From assembly GCA_043228905.1 (NCBI GenBank), contig JBHGNT010000003.1, forward strand, positions 16,864,001 through 16,928,000: DNA of 64,000 nucleotides, given 5' to 3'. Under the pieces are notes generated by a model that was not told the DNA's origin, did not search any database, and saw nothing but the letters and a program-made list of their open reading frames with translations. This document shows positions 51,001-64,000 of the stretch, one piece after another (position 1 is the stretch's first letter; the number at the start of each line of letters is the position of its first letter). Source of the DNA: Azolla caroliniana (taxonomy: Eukaryota; Plantae; Polypodiophyta). The position numbers and the translations under genes were made by a program.

Positions 51001-54000
51001 ATCGGACGATTCAAGAATGCGTTGTATCCATGCTCTAACACTCCGGACTGTCAGATGGCTTCTGGGCAGAGGTTCTACTCACAGCAGTACGCATAATCAA
51101 TATGTCGCCAAGTAAACCTCTAGGACTTAAGATACCTCAGGAAATATGGACTGGCAGAAAGCCGAATTATGATAAGCTGAGGATTTTCGGTTGCGAGGCA
51201 TACGCGCTCATACCGAAAGACGACCGCCGAAAGCTCGAACCGAGATCAAGGAAATGCGTTTTCCTCGGGTACGGACCCGACGGCGAGATCGGATACCAAC
51301 TCTGGGACCCCGAGCACAGGCAAATCGTCCGAAGTTTGGACGTCGTGTTCAACGAGTCGACTATGCACAAAACGGCCGAAAGGCCTATTGAAGTCCGAAG
51401 GGTAATATTTTCCGAAGTGCCAACTCTTCATGACAGCCCAACACACAACACGAGACCGGTTTCACGGGTAACCGACTTCTCTCGCACCGAATCCACAGAT
51501 TCGGCACAGCCGAATGGCTCGGCTTCCAACCATCCGACATCGACACCCGGTGCGACCAGTCCAATCATACCTCGAAGATCTGAGAGACTGTCGCAACCTC
51601 CGAAGAGTTACTCTCCCGGAATTTTCTTCACCGACACCGGCGAACCGACGTCCTACGAAGAAGCATCGGCAGTTGCCGATTCAGCCACCTGGCATCTGGC
51701 AATGGGGTCGGAAATGCACTCCATCCGCGCCAACAAGACTTGGGATCTGGTCGACTTACCGAAGAATCGATGTGCTCTTCCTTGCAAGTGGGTCTATAGA
51801 CTAAAGGAGACGTCCAACTCGACCACCCCAAAGTACAAGGCCAGATTAGTTGCGAAGGGATTTCGACAGGAATATGGCGTCGACTTCGACGAAATCTTTT
51901 CACCAGTGGTGAAAATGACAACCCTTCGTTTCATGCTCGGTGTTGTGGCCGCCGACAATTTGGAGCTGATTCAGCTAGATGTGAAAACGACATTCCTCCA
52001 TGGTGATCTAAAGGAGGAAATCTACATGGAGCAGCCGAAAGGCTTTGTGGCCACCGGTCAGGAACATCTAGTCTACCAACTCAGGAAGAGTCTTTACGGC
52101 TTGAAACAGGCACCCCGACAGTGGTACAAGAAGTTCGACGATTTCATCCAGACGGTTCTCCCGTCTTCCTCATCATCTACGTGGACGACATGCTACTCTT
52201 CGGTCGGCATACCGGAGAGCTCACCGAACTCGTTCGGAAACTACAATTGAGGCTTCTCCAAGAGCGATGAGGACCACTGCCTCTTCACCAAAACAACTCA
52301 AGACGGTTCTCCCGTCTTCCTCATCATCTACGTGGACGACATGCTACTCTTCGGTCGGCATACCGGAGAGCTCACCGAACTCGTTCGGAAACTACAATTG
52401 AAGTTTGCCATGAAGGACCTCGGTCCGGCAAGACACATACTCGGAATGAAGATCAGTCGGAATCGCGCCAAAAGACAACTTTTTCTGTCTCAAACCGACT
52501 ACATCGGACGTGTCTTGGAATGCTTCAACATGCAATCGGCCAAGTCTGCTTCGACCCCACTTCCCATTCATCTTCGGCTTTCTCAGCGAGACTGCCCGAC
52601 ATCCGGTCCGGAGGGGGAAGACATGAAGTCGGTACCGTATGCACCGGTAGTAGGCTCTCTGATGTACGCATTGGTCGCGACACAGCCTGATATTTCTCAC
52701 GCCGTAGGAGTCATCAGCAGATTTATGCACAATCCCGGCCGATCTCACTGGAACGCAGTCAAGCATGTGTTCAGATATTTAGCTGGCACAAAAGACCACG
52801 ACATCCTTTTCGGTCCGAACTCAACTTCAGGCGTAGCCGGTTACACCGACTCAGACTTCGTCGGCTGTGTGGACAGTCGCAAGTCAACAACCGGATATTG
52901 CTTTAAATTCGGCAATGGAGCAATCTCGTGGAAGTCGAAACTTCACGAGTGCACAGCCACCTCAACGACCGAAGCAGAATATGTAGCTGCCTCCGACGCA
53001 GCGAAAGAAGCTTTATGGCTCGATTTGCTGGTGTACACGTTTCGGCAAGTCGACTCCGACTCGGCTCCAGTTGTCTACAGCGACAGTCAGAGTGTTGTTG
53101 CTTTGTCGAAAAATCCGGTTCATCACAACGCCTCCAAGCATAGCGAAGTTCGATATCACTTCGTTCGGGATTGCGTCATTTCCAGGAAAATCGGTTTAGA
53201 GAAGATATCCACAACCGATAATGTCGCAGATGGAATGACCAAGTGTCTTTCGGCAAACCGGTTCCGGTCTCTTCGGCAACAGATGGGCGTAACAACATAT
53301 CGGTCCGGTTGAAGCCGGACATAGTGCAAGATGGTTTCGGACAACAGACGTCGGTTCACTAACAATCGGCTTCAGCTTTTCCGACCCGACCAATTCGGTC
53401 TTCTGTCTACGGATCATGCCGATTCGAACAAAACCGACCTGTTCGAGAACCTATGCCTATACCTGTATTTTTTAGATAACCCATGTATACGCCCATTACG
53501 GGGGAGTGTCGAATACAAATGTATAATGGACGTATTCACACTATCCTCTTAGAGAGCCCAAGTTCGGGCTATTTCTGTAAATAACATAAAGGGCAGTTGC
53601 CCTAAGTGAGTCACTATATAAAGTGACTTTGTAACCTTTTGTAAAGGTTGGTTATTCATTGTTGTAACGGTTGCCCCTTTATGAATATAGATATATTCTT
53701 TGTGCCTCTCTCTCTCTCTCCCTGTACGTAATTTGTTCTTGCCTCTCTCATACGCAGGTATTTCTTCCTCACAAATTCATACTGTGTGATCTCTTCCGCA
53801 CTGACAGCCTTGTTCATTCCCAACACCAGGAATAGCCTTACCTATTGCAAACTCAACTGTTCTTGATGCAGAGTTTGCGATGACACTGCTCTTTATATTC
53901 GCGGAGATGTTGTTAATCTTGATCGGGTACAGAATGCTTTACAGATATTTTCAGATGCTACTGGAGCCTCTCTCAATTGGAGTAAATCTGTAGGCCTTTG

Positions 54001-56163
54001 GGCCAATGATGAACCGCACCCACAATGGTATCCAGGCCCTGCATTCCGTTGGCTAAATCATGGGAAGCTGATTCGTTACTTAGGTTGTCTTGTTGGTATA
54101 GATTTACCATCTGGAGCGATGCTATCACCATTGCTATTATCAATTAAGTGTAAGTTGGTTTATTGGGACTCGCAGCAGTTATCCCTTGCAGGTCAGGTTG
54201 TCATTGCAAATTCGGTGTTGTTGGCTTCAATGTGGTTTATCACATCAGCTTGGTTGTTCTCTCGGTCGGCAATCACGAAAGTTCAAAGCCTCATACGTAA
54301 CTTCCTTTGGGGTGGAAAAAATGGATCTTGTGCAATGGCCAAGGTGGCATGGGATGTTTTGATTGGGCCAAAAAGTCAAGGAGGGTTGGCTCTAATAGAT
54401 CCCTTGATACAATCTTGAGCTCTCTTGATAAAGTTTGTAGTTAGAGGACTGTTGCCAGGGACAGAGGCATGGAAGGGTATGTTGCTTAATCAGTTGATGC
54501 AATTATATCCCAAGACGGGAGGAAACTGGTTGCCGTCTTTGAAATGGATGTTCTTGACATATATTCAAACACCGAGACGGAATCTAACATCCAATAGATT
54601 TCTACTAGGGATTGTCAGAGCATGGGATGCAATCAAGACTTTTCTATGCAAGGAGATGCCTAACACATGGGATGGTTGGATGAATCAACTGCTTTTGGCT
54701 AATTCTCTCATTCGGGATTCTATTGGAAATGTCTTGGGCCTTGGACCTCGTCTTGCATGGGGAAAACTTGATAATGGGCCAGCAGCATCAGTAGGATCTT
54801 GGATTCATTTTCAGCAGATGCCAGAAGTGGATCGCCTTAAGCAGTTACATTCGATATGTGGCACAAAGACAATGACAATGGATATTTCAGCAGCCTTCTC
54901 TCAGGCCTCATCGCGACTTCAGCCAATGCAGGAGCATATGTGGTTTGGTTGCCTAATGAATGGCATAATGCTCTTTGTTAAGGGAATTTCTACATACGGG
55001 TGTATTTTTTATTTCCATATTCAACAGGATAATAAATTGCCGCCTTATACACCCTCTGATAATTTGCTACAAAACCTACTTGCTGTTCCAATTAGGGTGA
55101 TTGCCAAAACTGGTAAGAAATGGCTCCTGGATCCACAATTGTCAATAGCCCATTTGTTGGATATGCTTTGGCTATATGCATGCCAACCAATTAATAGGCT
55201 AATGTGGGACCCAAGGGGATGGTCTTGGACTAGTCCCATGATGGATCCAATGCAAAAAGTTCCGTTCTTTCAGTATATTGTGAAATTTGGTAGAACCTTA
55301 CTCATGTCTAAGAATATTCCAACTCCTGCGGCTCAAAAGCACTGGAATAAGTGGGGTGTATCAAGCTGTCATTTGAAGGCTTATTGGAAATGGATTTGGT
55401 CTTTTAGGAACCAACAAAATACACTCTCTTCAGATGGCTTTTGCTACATGCAGCACTACCGATAGGTCAATCTTTGAAAGGAAATGTGGCACCCATTCTT
55501 AGACAGTGTAGTTATTGTGGTGACTTGTAGGAAACTACCAAGCATGCTCTCTGGTCCTGTTCACTAGCTCAACAAGTATGGAATAAAGTTCTTTCTTTAT
55601 TCCTGACAATAAATGTAGGTTGCCTATTCTCCTGGGGATCAGCGGTATGGGGGGTTCTCCATTCTAGTCTATTATTGTACGAGGCAGATGATGCTCCAGA
55701 GGCTAAGACTGTCATCAACAGGCATCTAATATCCGTCTCGCCTTTTCAGCAGCCTCGAAAGCAAATGCGTGCAACCCAAGTATGGAAAACAATATCCATG
55801 GTTACATTATGGACCTTATGGAAGTATCGATGTAAAAGACGTTATGATTCCATAGTACCCCTTCTCTCAGATATATTGCTAGAATTATGGGACAACTTAC
55901 TGGCGGTAGTGTGTGGGCAGTATGACAATATGTCGGGCCCTTCAGAGGTTGTTCTTAAGAAAAGGAAAAAATTACTGCAATTATGGAGGAAGTTGCCTCT
56001 ATTCACGATCTCCTCTCAAGGACCAATTTGGAAATATCATCATCCCTAGCCCTTCGCCTGATTATCCTTTTTGTATATAATACTCTCTAAATTGTACAAT
56101 TTGTAGCCTTATGGCATTTTTTCTTAATACTAATGAAGGAAATCTTTTTGGAAAAAAAAAAAC
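48080..56163 (+). mobile_element. 5'-truncated L1-like LINE (same family as 24878-31165), split by copia B2
   Basis: Starts at GCPLAPFLFILFGEALS and resumes after 53825 (GIALPIANSTVLDAEFA). Poly(A) at 56152-56162. TSD gattaaacaaaacatg (48064-48079) and gatcaaacaaaacatg (56164-56179). Confidence 0.92.
48165..53825 (+). mobile_element. Full-length Ty1/copia element B2 (Tnt1/Tork-like)
   Basis: LTRs 48165-48487 and 53507-53825 differ by about 5 substitutions and one microsatellite indel (by eye). PBS tggtatcagagc 48490-48501, PPT acgggggag, TSD caagg/ccagg. Gag-Pol ~49195-53312 with a few lesions. Confidence 0.97.
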
Positions 56164-56524
56164 GATCAAACAAAACATGAGAAAAGTTTTTGTACAAAAC
56201 CCATTGTTCCGGATTTGAACCCACAACCATAAAGCTCTAAAAACACATGTCTTCTACGATTTCAAGTATCTTATAACATTGTTGCCTTCATTTGGCATGT
56301 AGTATGCCTATCTAGTGAGAGCAGTTTTGTAGGCACGATGAATGGAGAAACAAATACAATATAAAAGTGTGTGCATTGTAGTAAAGCTTGGAATGCAGCT
56401 AGATCTAAATAGGTGGGAAAGGAAAGCTAGTAATATTGTGTTGAGGCGTCGTTGATATATGTGAAATGGAACAATTCTAAGCATCTTCAGAACTTATTCT
56501 TGTCCAATAACAAAGAATGAAGGC

Positions 56525-56533
56525 ATACATACA

Positions 56534-56564
<31 letters not shown>

Positions 56565-56589
56565 GCAATGACATACATACATACATACA

Positions 56590-56620
<31 letters not shown>
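56525..56620. repeat. (CATA)n microsatellite
   Basis: Read directly. Confidence 0.9.
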
Positions 56621-57031
56621 GCTATGAAAAACAGTAAATAAATATATACATACACATATGCATACAGTATATGTATGTATGCTTTTTAACTCTCTATTCA
56701 TGAGGTCTTAAGAGGATGGATGTGTTGTGTGTGCAATCAGAAAACAGAGCTTTTTGTGTGCAGGGTGCATGTATGTAGGGCATGATTCTCTGCATCTGCT
56801 CTCTTGCACCTCCCCTGTGATCACCCACATCACGACGAAACTCTAATTTCTGCTAGAACCCCACTACCAAATTCTCTGCAAACCCCCCCCCCCCCGCCCC
56901 TAATCCCCGTTAAAACCCAACCCACCGCAACAAACCCTGATCCTTGCCGAAACCACAACAGGAGAAGCCAGTCTCTTCTGAAACTCACTCGCATCATGAA
57001 ATCTTTTTCCACGCCCAAAAACCATACCAAC

Positions 57032-57222
57032 AAACCCTAATCTTTGCCAAAACCCACTCACAATAGCTAACCCTAATCTCTTCCTAAACCCACAATAGGA
57101 AACCCTACATTTCATCACCCATCTCTCTGTGAGAGACCCTCTACTAGAACCCTAGAATCGTCCCCTCCAAAAAGGAAACGTTGCTGGTTTATTATTGTAT
57201 TGTTGCAACGATAAACCCTAAA
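57032..57222 (+). promoter_or_regulatory. Telo-box cluster upstream of the carrier gene
   Basis: AAACCCTAA at ~57032 and ~57213, with variants taaccctaa, aaaccctac and gaaccctag between them. Confidence 0.5.
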
Positions 57223-57236
57223 ATTCTGTCAGTGAG

Positions 57237-60200
57237 ATGCAAACAGAGGCGGCCACCGAGGCAAGGTTGCAGACGAGAAGAGCTCTGGTATCAGGGCAGA
57301 TCAATGAGGATCCCACTGGCGGAGAGTCAGGCCGCAAAGAAGGGGAAGAAGAAGAAGAAGAAGAAGAAAGTGGAGGAGGGAGAAGGGGAGGAGGAGAAAA
57401 TGCAAAGGCTTTGGCTCGCCAGGCTCAGATCGGGTCGGCTTCTCAGCTCCTCGCCGGTGGCATTGCGGGTGCTTTTAGCAAGACTTGTACTGCCCCTTTA
57501 GCCCGCCTCACAATCCTCTTCCAGGTCGGTTTAATTTCTCCATATATATAAAGATGTATGTGTTTATGTATGTGTATGTGTATGTGTGCGATCCATTTGT
57601 GTATGTGTGCATGTTCATGTGTATGTCTATGTATGCGAATGTATATGTTTCCTGTTGTGGTACTGCAAAGTAAGAAAGTGTAATCTATATGTGTGGTACT
57701 TGCCTGTCCAATCAATATCTGTTATTTAGGTTTTCCATCTCACGATCCCTTTCTGTTTTGTATGTCTCTCATAAATAGTTGGGACACCTTTAGGCCCTCG
57801 TTTTTGACTGATCTGACACGGTAATATTCTTCATTGGCTTTTACCTTAATTTAAGGTTTTCCACTAGCAATATAATGTAAATTGTGTGTATATGTGTGTA
57901 TGTATATGTAAATGCAAATGTATACGTATATGCATATGCATGATTGTGAATGTATACACGTGTATCTACTGGTTTCTCCCTGTGCTGGATGGAAGTTATT
58001 TTCTATTATGTAGGGTAAAGAGAGTCAGGGTGACCCAGCTATAAATATGTAGCTAACATGTGTTTGTTCTTCTCGTTATTGCTTGTGTTCTCTTTTCTTT
58101 GTTATGCGCAATTCTCCTTTTAGTTTTCTGGTAAGTTAGAGAGTTTATAGTGTAAAATACCCATTATGAACCCCTCTATGTGAATAGCTATGAAGATAGA
58201 TCCGGCTTTAGGGAATTTGCCACCACCTGAAAAGGTTTGGAAATTAGAATCATGATGTAGAGTTTATGTTACCCCTAAGTAACAAACAATTTTGATTGGT
58301 GGCTGTACATAATGGAACAAATGGCAGAAAATGAAAAAATGTTGGATTTATTTTAAACCTAACATTCAGCGAAAAATGTTGTCCTTCAATTTTGGAGTTG
58401 ATTGGTTCTGATTGGTGGTTTAGCAGATCAGAGAGAATCTGCATGAGTTTTGAGTTCATGTTAAAAATTTAAATGTGATGGTCAGCTGAGTCTACTTGAT
58501 TCCATTGCTGGAACTGGAGTGGGAGACAATTGTTAGAAAAAAACATTAACTGCACAGGTTGGAACCCAGAAACCATGAAATATGAGAATAGCAGGTTAAA
58601 TTTGTGATTTGAGATATTTATCTATGATGATGTTTTTGTTTTTGATAAGAGGGATGAAAATATAGTTTGAGACTCTATCACGCAGCTTGCAACCCCACAT
58701 AACCGTTCGTTTGTTTCTTTACATGCCGTTATTTGATTCTTTTGAGAATATTATTTTACTCTTGGCTTTTATTGAGTTTGCCATTTCATCTCGAAATGTG
58801 AAAAGAATTCAGCTCATTGCATCTTGAGATGAGTTTATTCCTACTCTTAGGAACTCATGACATGAAGAAGGATGACATAGTTTTATCCAAGATATAGGTC
58901 CTGGAGTGAATGTCATTGTATTTCTTGTGCTAGGAAGATAGTACTCATGCCTCGTGCTTCTCATATATATATATGCATGTTTTCATTTTCTTGTGTCATA
59001 TTATTTTCAATGTTTGCTTTATTTTTCATGTGCACTCTTGGATTTTCTTATACATGTGTTAGAAATACAGCACCCAGATGATTATAACTTTTTCCAATCA
59101 GGTCACTATGTCAGCAATCACATCAGTTTTTCTACAGGTTGTTTTTCTTGAATTCAGCTGGACATGACATTTTAGGGTTGAGCCGTATAAATCCGTATAG
59201 CCATGTTTTCTGATATAGCATTTAAGGTTTCATGTTGTATTATTCCTGGAAAACTCTCACTATCATTCCCAAGCTGTACAATGTTATCATATTGTACACA
59301 ATTGTTCGTAGCTTCAACAATGATTCCCCATATCGTCTCGTCCTGTTGCTTGCAGAGAAGGGGTTGAAATTGGAGAACTTTGAACCCAGCTTCATTTGGA
59401 GGCTAGTCAGTTTTAGAAAAGCAGATCAGAAATAACATTTTTTTCATCATTACTACTCTCAAGTATACCCTAATCTTGGTTAGCCGGTTGCAACATGCAT
59501 GGGATCATTGCCTTATATCTTCATTTTCGGCTCCAAGAGCTCATGGCAATAATGATATATTGAGCATCAAGTTGGGTGCATCAAGATAAGATGGTATTCT
59601 CTCCGCTGACACTGTGTGAAGAATCTGAATGTATCCTATTTCAAACCCTATTTATAGCAAGTCAAAAGTCTCTCTTGCACAGCTTATACCTCCAATTATT
59701 ATTAGTTTTTGTACTTTGTTTGGGAGTCAGAGGCTTGATGTCCTGGATATTTGAATGTTCATTATGTTGCACTGTTTGGTTTACAGTGCATGTATGTGAC
59801 AACTATAGTTTTAATCTATCATATTTTCTCTCTCTTTCTCTAATCTAGAGGATCCTCTGATGGTGAAGAGCTAACCACCTCGGTTTTCTGGTAGAGTTCT
59901 TTCTAGAACTATTGAAGTTTTTTGAAGAGATTCCAGAGGTGAAACTAGGTGCTGTTAGTCACATGGGCTTCCTGCTGTAAACTCAGCTAGAGGATCATTT
60001 TGGCTCTTTGTTCCTGCTATTTGAGATTCAGAAATAAAAGTATGGTCAAGCAAATGCAAAGGAGAGACAGATCGAGCACTTTCACTACATCTTCCAGATT
60101 TTAAGTTTGAGTTCAAAGAGGGAACCATTTCAATGACTTTGCGTTCTTTGTCTTAAAATTTGAGAGGGGTTTCCAGTTCAAACACTTAGTTCATATTTCT

Positions 60201-62660
60201 GGGGAAAGCCACTTAGTTCCAGATTCCAGAGGCAGGGGGAGGGTCCAGCCGAACATGCCTTCTTGATGCACAAGAGTCCATGATGCAGCCAAATAAGGGG
60301 GCTTCCTTATGCATTTGTTCATGAAGCTAGTTTCACATTTGTACCTATAATTAGGTGTGTGTTCGCTTTATTATATGCTTTCATTATCATCTTTTTCATT
60401 ACCCTTGTAATATTCAAAGTTTTAGATCTTCAGTGTATGTACATATGTATATTAGTTGTAGTAAGTATATTTCCACTGTAGATACAACCATCGGAATTAG
60501 ATCACTCGGCAATTGTGGTGATTGTTTTGTATCCTTAATGTAAAACCCTGTTTCACAAGAAACCAATAAACACATATTGATGAAACAATTGCATACTGAT
60601 CATTTTGTAATTAAGGACGCACTTACACTAATTGGCCTTCATTTTCTATTCATGTTTATCAAAGTAGTTATAATTCCTATGTCGTTTTCTTTCTTACCAA
60701 TGCAAATGTTTGCAGTGGAATGATATTATTATTGTTTTTCCATTAACACTTGTATTTTCTATCTTCTGTTTCAGTTTTCCTTTATATATCTGAACTGTGA
60801 AATATCTGACTTAAATTTGTTTGATATTTTCAGCTGCAAGGCATGCAGACGGAGGCAAGTGCATTGGGTCGTCCAAGCATTATCCGAGAGGCATCGAGAA
60901 TAGTGTCAGAGGAAGGAGTGAGAGCATTTTGGAAGGGAAATGGTGTCACAATTGTGCACCGCCTACCATACTCTGCTATCAGCTTTTATGCCTATGAAAA
61001 GTACAAGAGGGTAACTGTTGTTTTACAACATGGATTTTAATGCAAATTTTTTCCAATTCATATTTGACAGCTGTTATATGGAGGTGAATAACACCTCTTT
61101 ATGGCCAGTTTCTTTTAGGCATAGTTGGTATGGAGGGAAGACCAGAAAGCTTGAGTGTAGGAATGGGCACTAAGCTTCTTGCTGGAGGTGGAGCTGGGAT
61201 AACAGCTGCATCAACAACATATCCCCTCGATCTTGTTCGCACTCGGCTGGCAGCACAGGTACAAAATTGTTAGGAGCCGATAGCTCTCTCTAGTGGTAAA
61301 TTTTGTACTACAAGGGGGGATAGGTGGTATTCTGGAAATATGTAGGGGTATTTTCCTGAATACCGAACTTCCAAAGTTAGGGGTGTTTCAACTAAGTTTT
61401 CTGTTTCTCTATGAATGCACCATGAAATCTTAAAATTTTGGTGGTTTTATTGTGTTGCAGAGAAATGAGAGGTACTACAAGGGTATAGCCCATGCCCTTC
61501 AAACAATTCACCGTGATGAAGGGTTGAGAGGTCTTTATAAAGGAATGGGCACTACATTACTGGTAATAACTTGGCACAAATTGCTTAACTGGTATATAGA
61601 ACACAGGATCATTATTGACATGTATATGAAATTCAGTTAACTCTCACAAACTACTTTTAACTGATTTATATAACACATGATCATTATTTACATGTATAGG
61701 AGATGATCAGGATTGACATGATCGTTGTTGACATGTATATGACATGATAGTCATTGACACACACACACACATATATATATATATATTGAAGTCCAACATT
61801 ATTTGTGCTTTACACAATCTTACAATGGCTGAAATGCTGATATTATTTCACCTTATTTGCTTCTAGGGTGTGGGGCCAAACATAGCAATTAACTTCTGTG
61901 TATATGATACACTTAAGTCATTCTGGACTGTGGGAAGGTATTGGCTGGAGTAATTTTGGTCAATTCTTTTCCGTTTCACTTAATTGCAACCATTTGTTTT
62001 AGCTACCAGAATATGAGAATACCATATGTAACTACATAGGGGTATTCTCTGAAATTTCTGAGAACATGGTGGTATTCTGGTGAAAATACCCAATATGTTG
62101 ATGCTAATGTTTTTTAGTATTTTTCTTGCTTTACACCTTGAATGTGGTTTATCTAATTACAGGTCGGATTATTCGGGTCCTTCAACAAGTTTGGTTTGTG
62201 GTAGTGTGGCTGGGATTGCATCATCAACTGGTAAGTTCGTAAAATTTTATTTTATGACCCTAACTGGTTGGGTGTTTACCATATCTACTGTATATGGTAC
62301 AAATAATACCCTTATTGCAAATGGGCAAAGTTGCAATTTTTTGAAATTTCAGGTTATTGTTGTAAATATCTAAAATGTTAGGCTATTTTTGTATTTGTTT
62401 AATCTCATTCCTAGTATATGTATTTTCCAGTAAGCTTTCCACTTGATTTGATAAGGCGAAGAATGCAGTTAGAGGGTGCAGGAGGCCGAGCACTAATTTA
62501 CCGATCAGGCATTTTGGGCACATTTATGCATATTGTGAAAACTGAAGGGTGGACGGGACTATATAGAGGCATACTACCTGAATATTTGAAGGTGGTTCCG
62601 AGTGTCGGTATCGTGTTCATGACTTATGAAAGCATAAAACGATTCTTATCGGGTGCATAA
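57237..62660 (+). CDS. Mitochondrial substrate carrier (SLC25) protein, adenine-nucleotide-carrier-like, ~361 aa. Exons 57237-57524, 60834-61010, 61109-61258, 61461-61562, 61867-61937, 62163-62230, 62431-62660
   Basis: Three carrier repeats with signatures APLARLTILFQ, YPLDLVRTRL and FPLDLIRRRMQ, plus EG...F/LY(K/R)G motifs. N-terminal MQTEA as in the plant subfamily. GT-AG introns with consistent phases. Confidence 0.95.
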
Positions 62661-64000
62661 GAACTCGGTGGTCAGTAACGAGAAAAGTTTTGGCCGATGA
62701 AAACAAGACTTTTTTCTCGGATTGGTATAGCAAATTTGTATTTAATTGGTTGGTGGGTACCGAATGATTTAGAATAGATACAGTACACTTTTGCATCTTT
62801 GAGGAAGTTTGATATATCAAAATGTCAAGAGATGGAGAGGCATATAGAAGAAACACATTTTTTGCTTCATTTAGTTGCCCTTCGAGAAAGAAAGGAGAGG
62901 TCTCCAGGGAGAGATGAAGTGGTTTCTCGAGGCACATTCCACATATATACATAATATATGGTGATCAATCAATGCCATATGATGCTCTGATAATTAACAT
63001 TTATGAGGAAGCAGAGAGAAAGGACTTTAAAGTGTATTTCTATTTTCCCTTGTGCAATACTTAGTTTTCCAAGATGGAATTGTAGAAGGATCCATCCCAT
63101 TGGGTTACCACAAGAGCAATGTACTTTTGCATGAATTTCAATTTTGATAAAAAAAAATCCCTTTAAAATCCTCTATTTTCATGTATACACATTTTGACTC
63201 TTTTAGCTATTGCTTGCCTTCTCATACAGATCATATGCTGTCTGTTTGTCAAATTTGATGGGAAATTGGTTTGTAATCACAGTCTAGAAGAAAATGACCA
63301 TCTAGATGTATTTGACTGCTAATATTCAACGGAAGATTTTGACAGGTGTATCTAATTTTTAACACTCTGAGGGGAAACTTAAGTGTATGCATGAATACAA
63401 TTTATATTAGCCAGGTAATAGTTATTCTCTAGGTTGTTGCACCACATGATGTAAATTCATCTATTGCTCCCACTTTGTAACATTTTGTGAAAGGTAGATT
63501 AGTATATGGATAAACAATTTTTATCGTAGTTTTGCCCTAGTTATTCTTATGGAGGCAATATGCAATTCTCTCCAGACAATGTTATATTTGATGAATGTTC
63601 ACTCTTGATTAGGGGTGAAATACTATGTGCAAAAGTAAAAATTGCAATAGACATGCCATAGTTACTCTTAGGATAGAGGTTGTATATCTTGTGTCTAGTC
63701 AAAAGGCAACAATAAGCGGTGATGTCCCACATGATGTCAAATTCATGTTGAATTTATGTGCTTTCAAAAAGGCAAAGTAATGTACGAATAAATAAAATTT
63801 ACAATAAGCTTGTCATAGTTACTCTAATGATGGAGGATGTATTTCTAGTCTACTGGTTCTAAGTTGTGTTTTCATGGAGTAGTGTGCACTACTCCCCCAC
63901 ATCATGTAAGATTCGTTCAATGTTTGCAATCTAAATGTAACACTTTGTGAAGTGCAAAGTAATATACAAATAAATAATTATTCTTATGATGTAGGATATG

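Noticed and set aside
56200-56262. B-box GGTTCAAATCC on the minus strand just past the L1 tail (possible SINE head)
   Set aside because: No convincing A-box, tail or TSD.

Overview
AT-rich land-plant nuclear DNA. The retroelement lineages suggest a seed-free plant such as a fern, but this is inference only. Well over half of the window is nested retroelements. LTR elements: a truncated chromovirus/Tcn1-like Ty3 element, three Ty1/copia elements from two families, a copia-type solo LTR, and a complete non-chromovirus Ty3/gypsy element primed by tRNA-Trp. LINEs: four L1-like copies (two with long TSDs), one older LINE remnant and two RTE-like fragments. Host features: a C-terminal SUN-domain gene and an HROB/DUF4539 gene arranged head-to-head, a tRNA-Leu(CAG) gene, and a 7-exon mitochondrial carrier gene. 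Main observations: (1) two unrelated Ty3/gypsy LTRs share the same promoter layout, an antisense tRNA-like A-box/B-box module 170-180 nt upstream of the TATA box, followed by CATGCA (RY) motifs; (2) a Tf1-type self-priming PBS and a perfect 4-unit heat-shock element in the first Ty3 LTR; (3) an LTR-less copia integrase fragment inserted into the gypsy integrase with a microhomology junction; (4) a -1 frameshift site after the protease rather than after Gag; (5) HROB introns that appear to derive from tandem duplication. All calls were read by eye and no searches were run.
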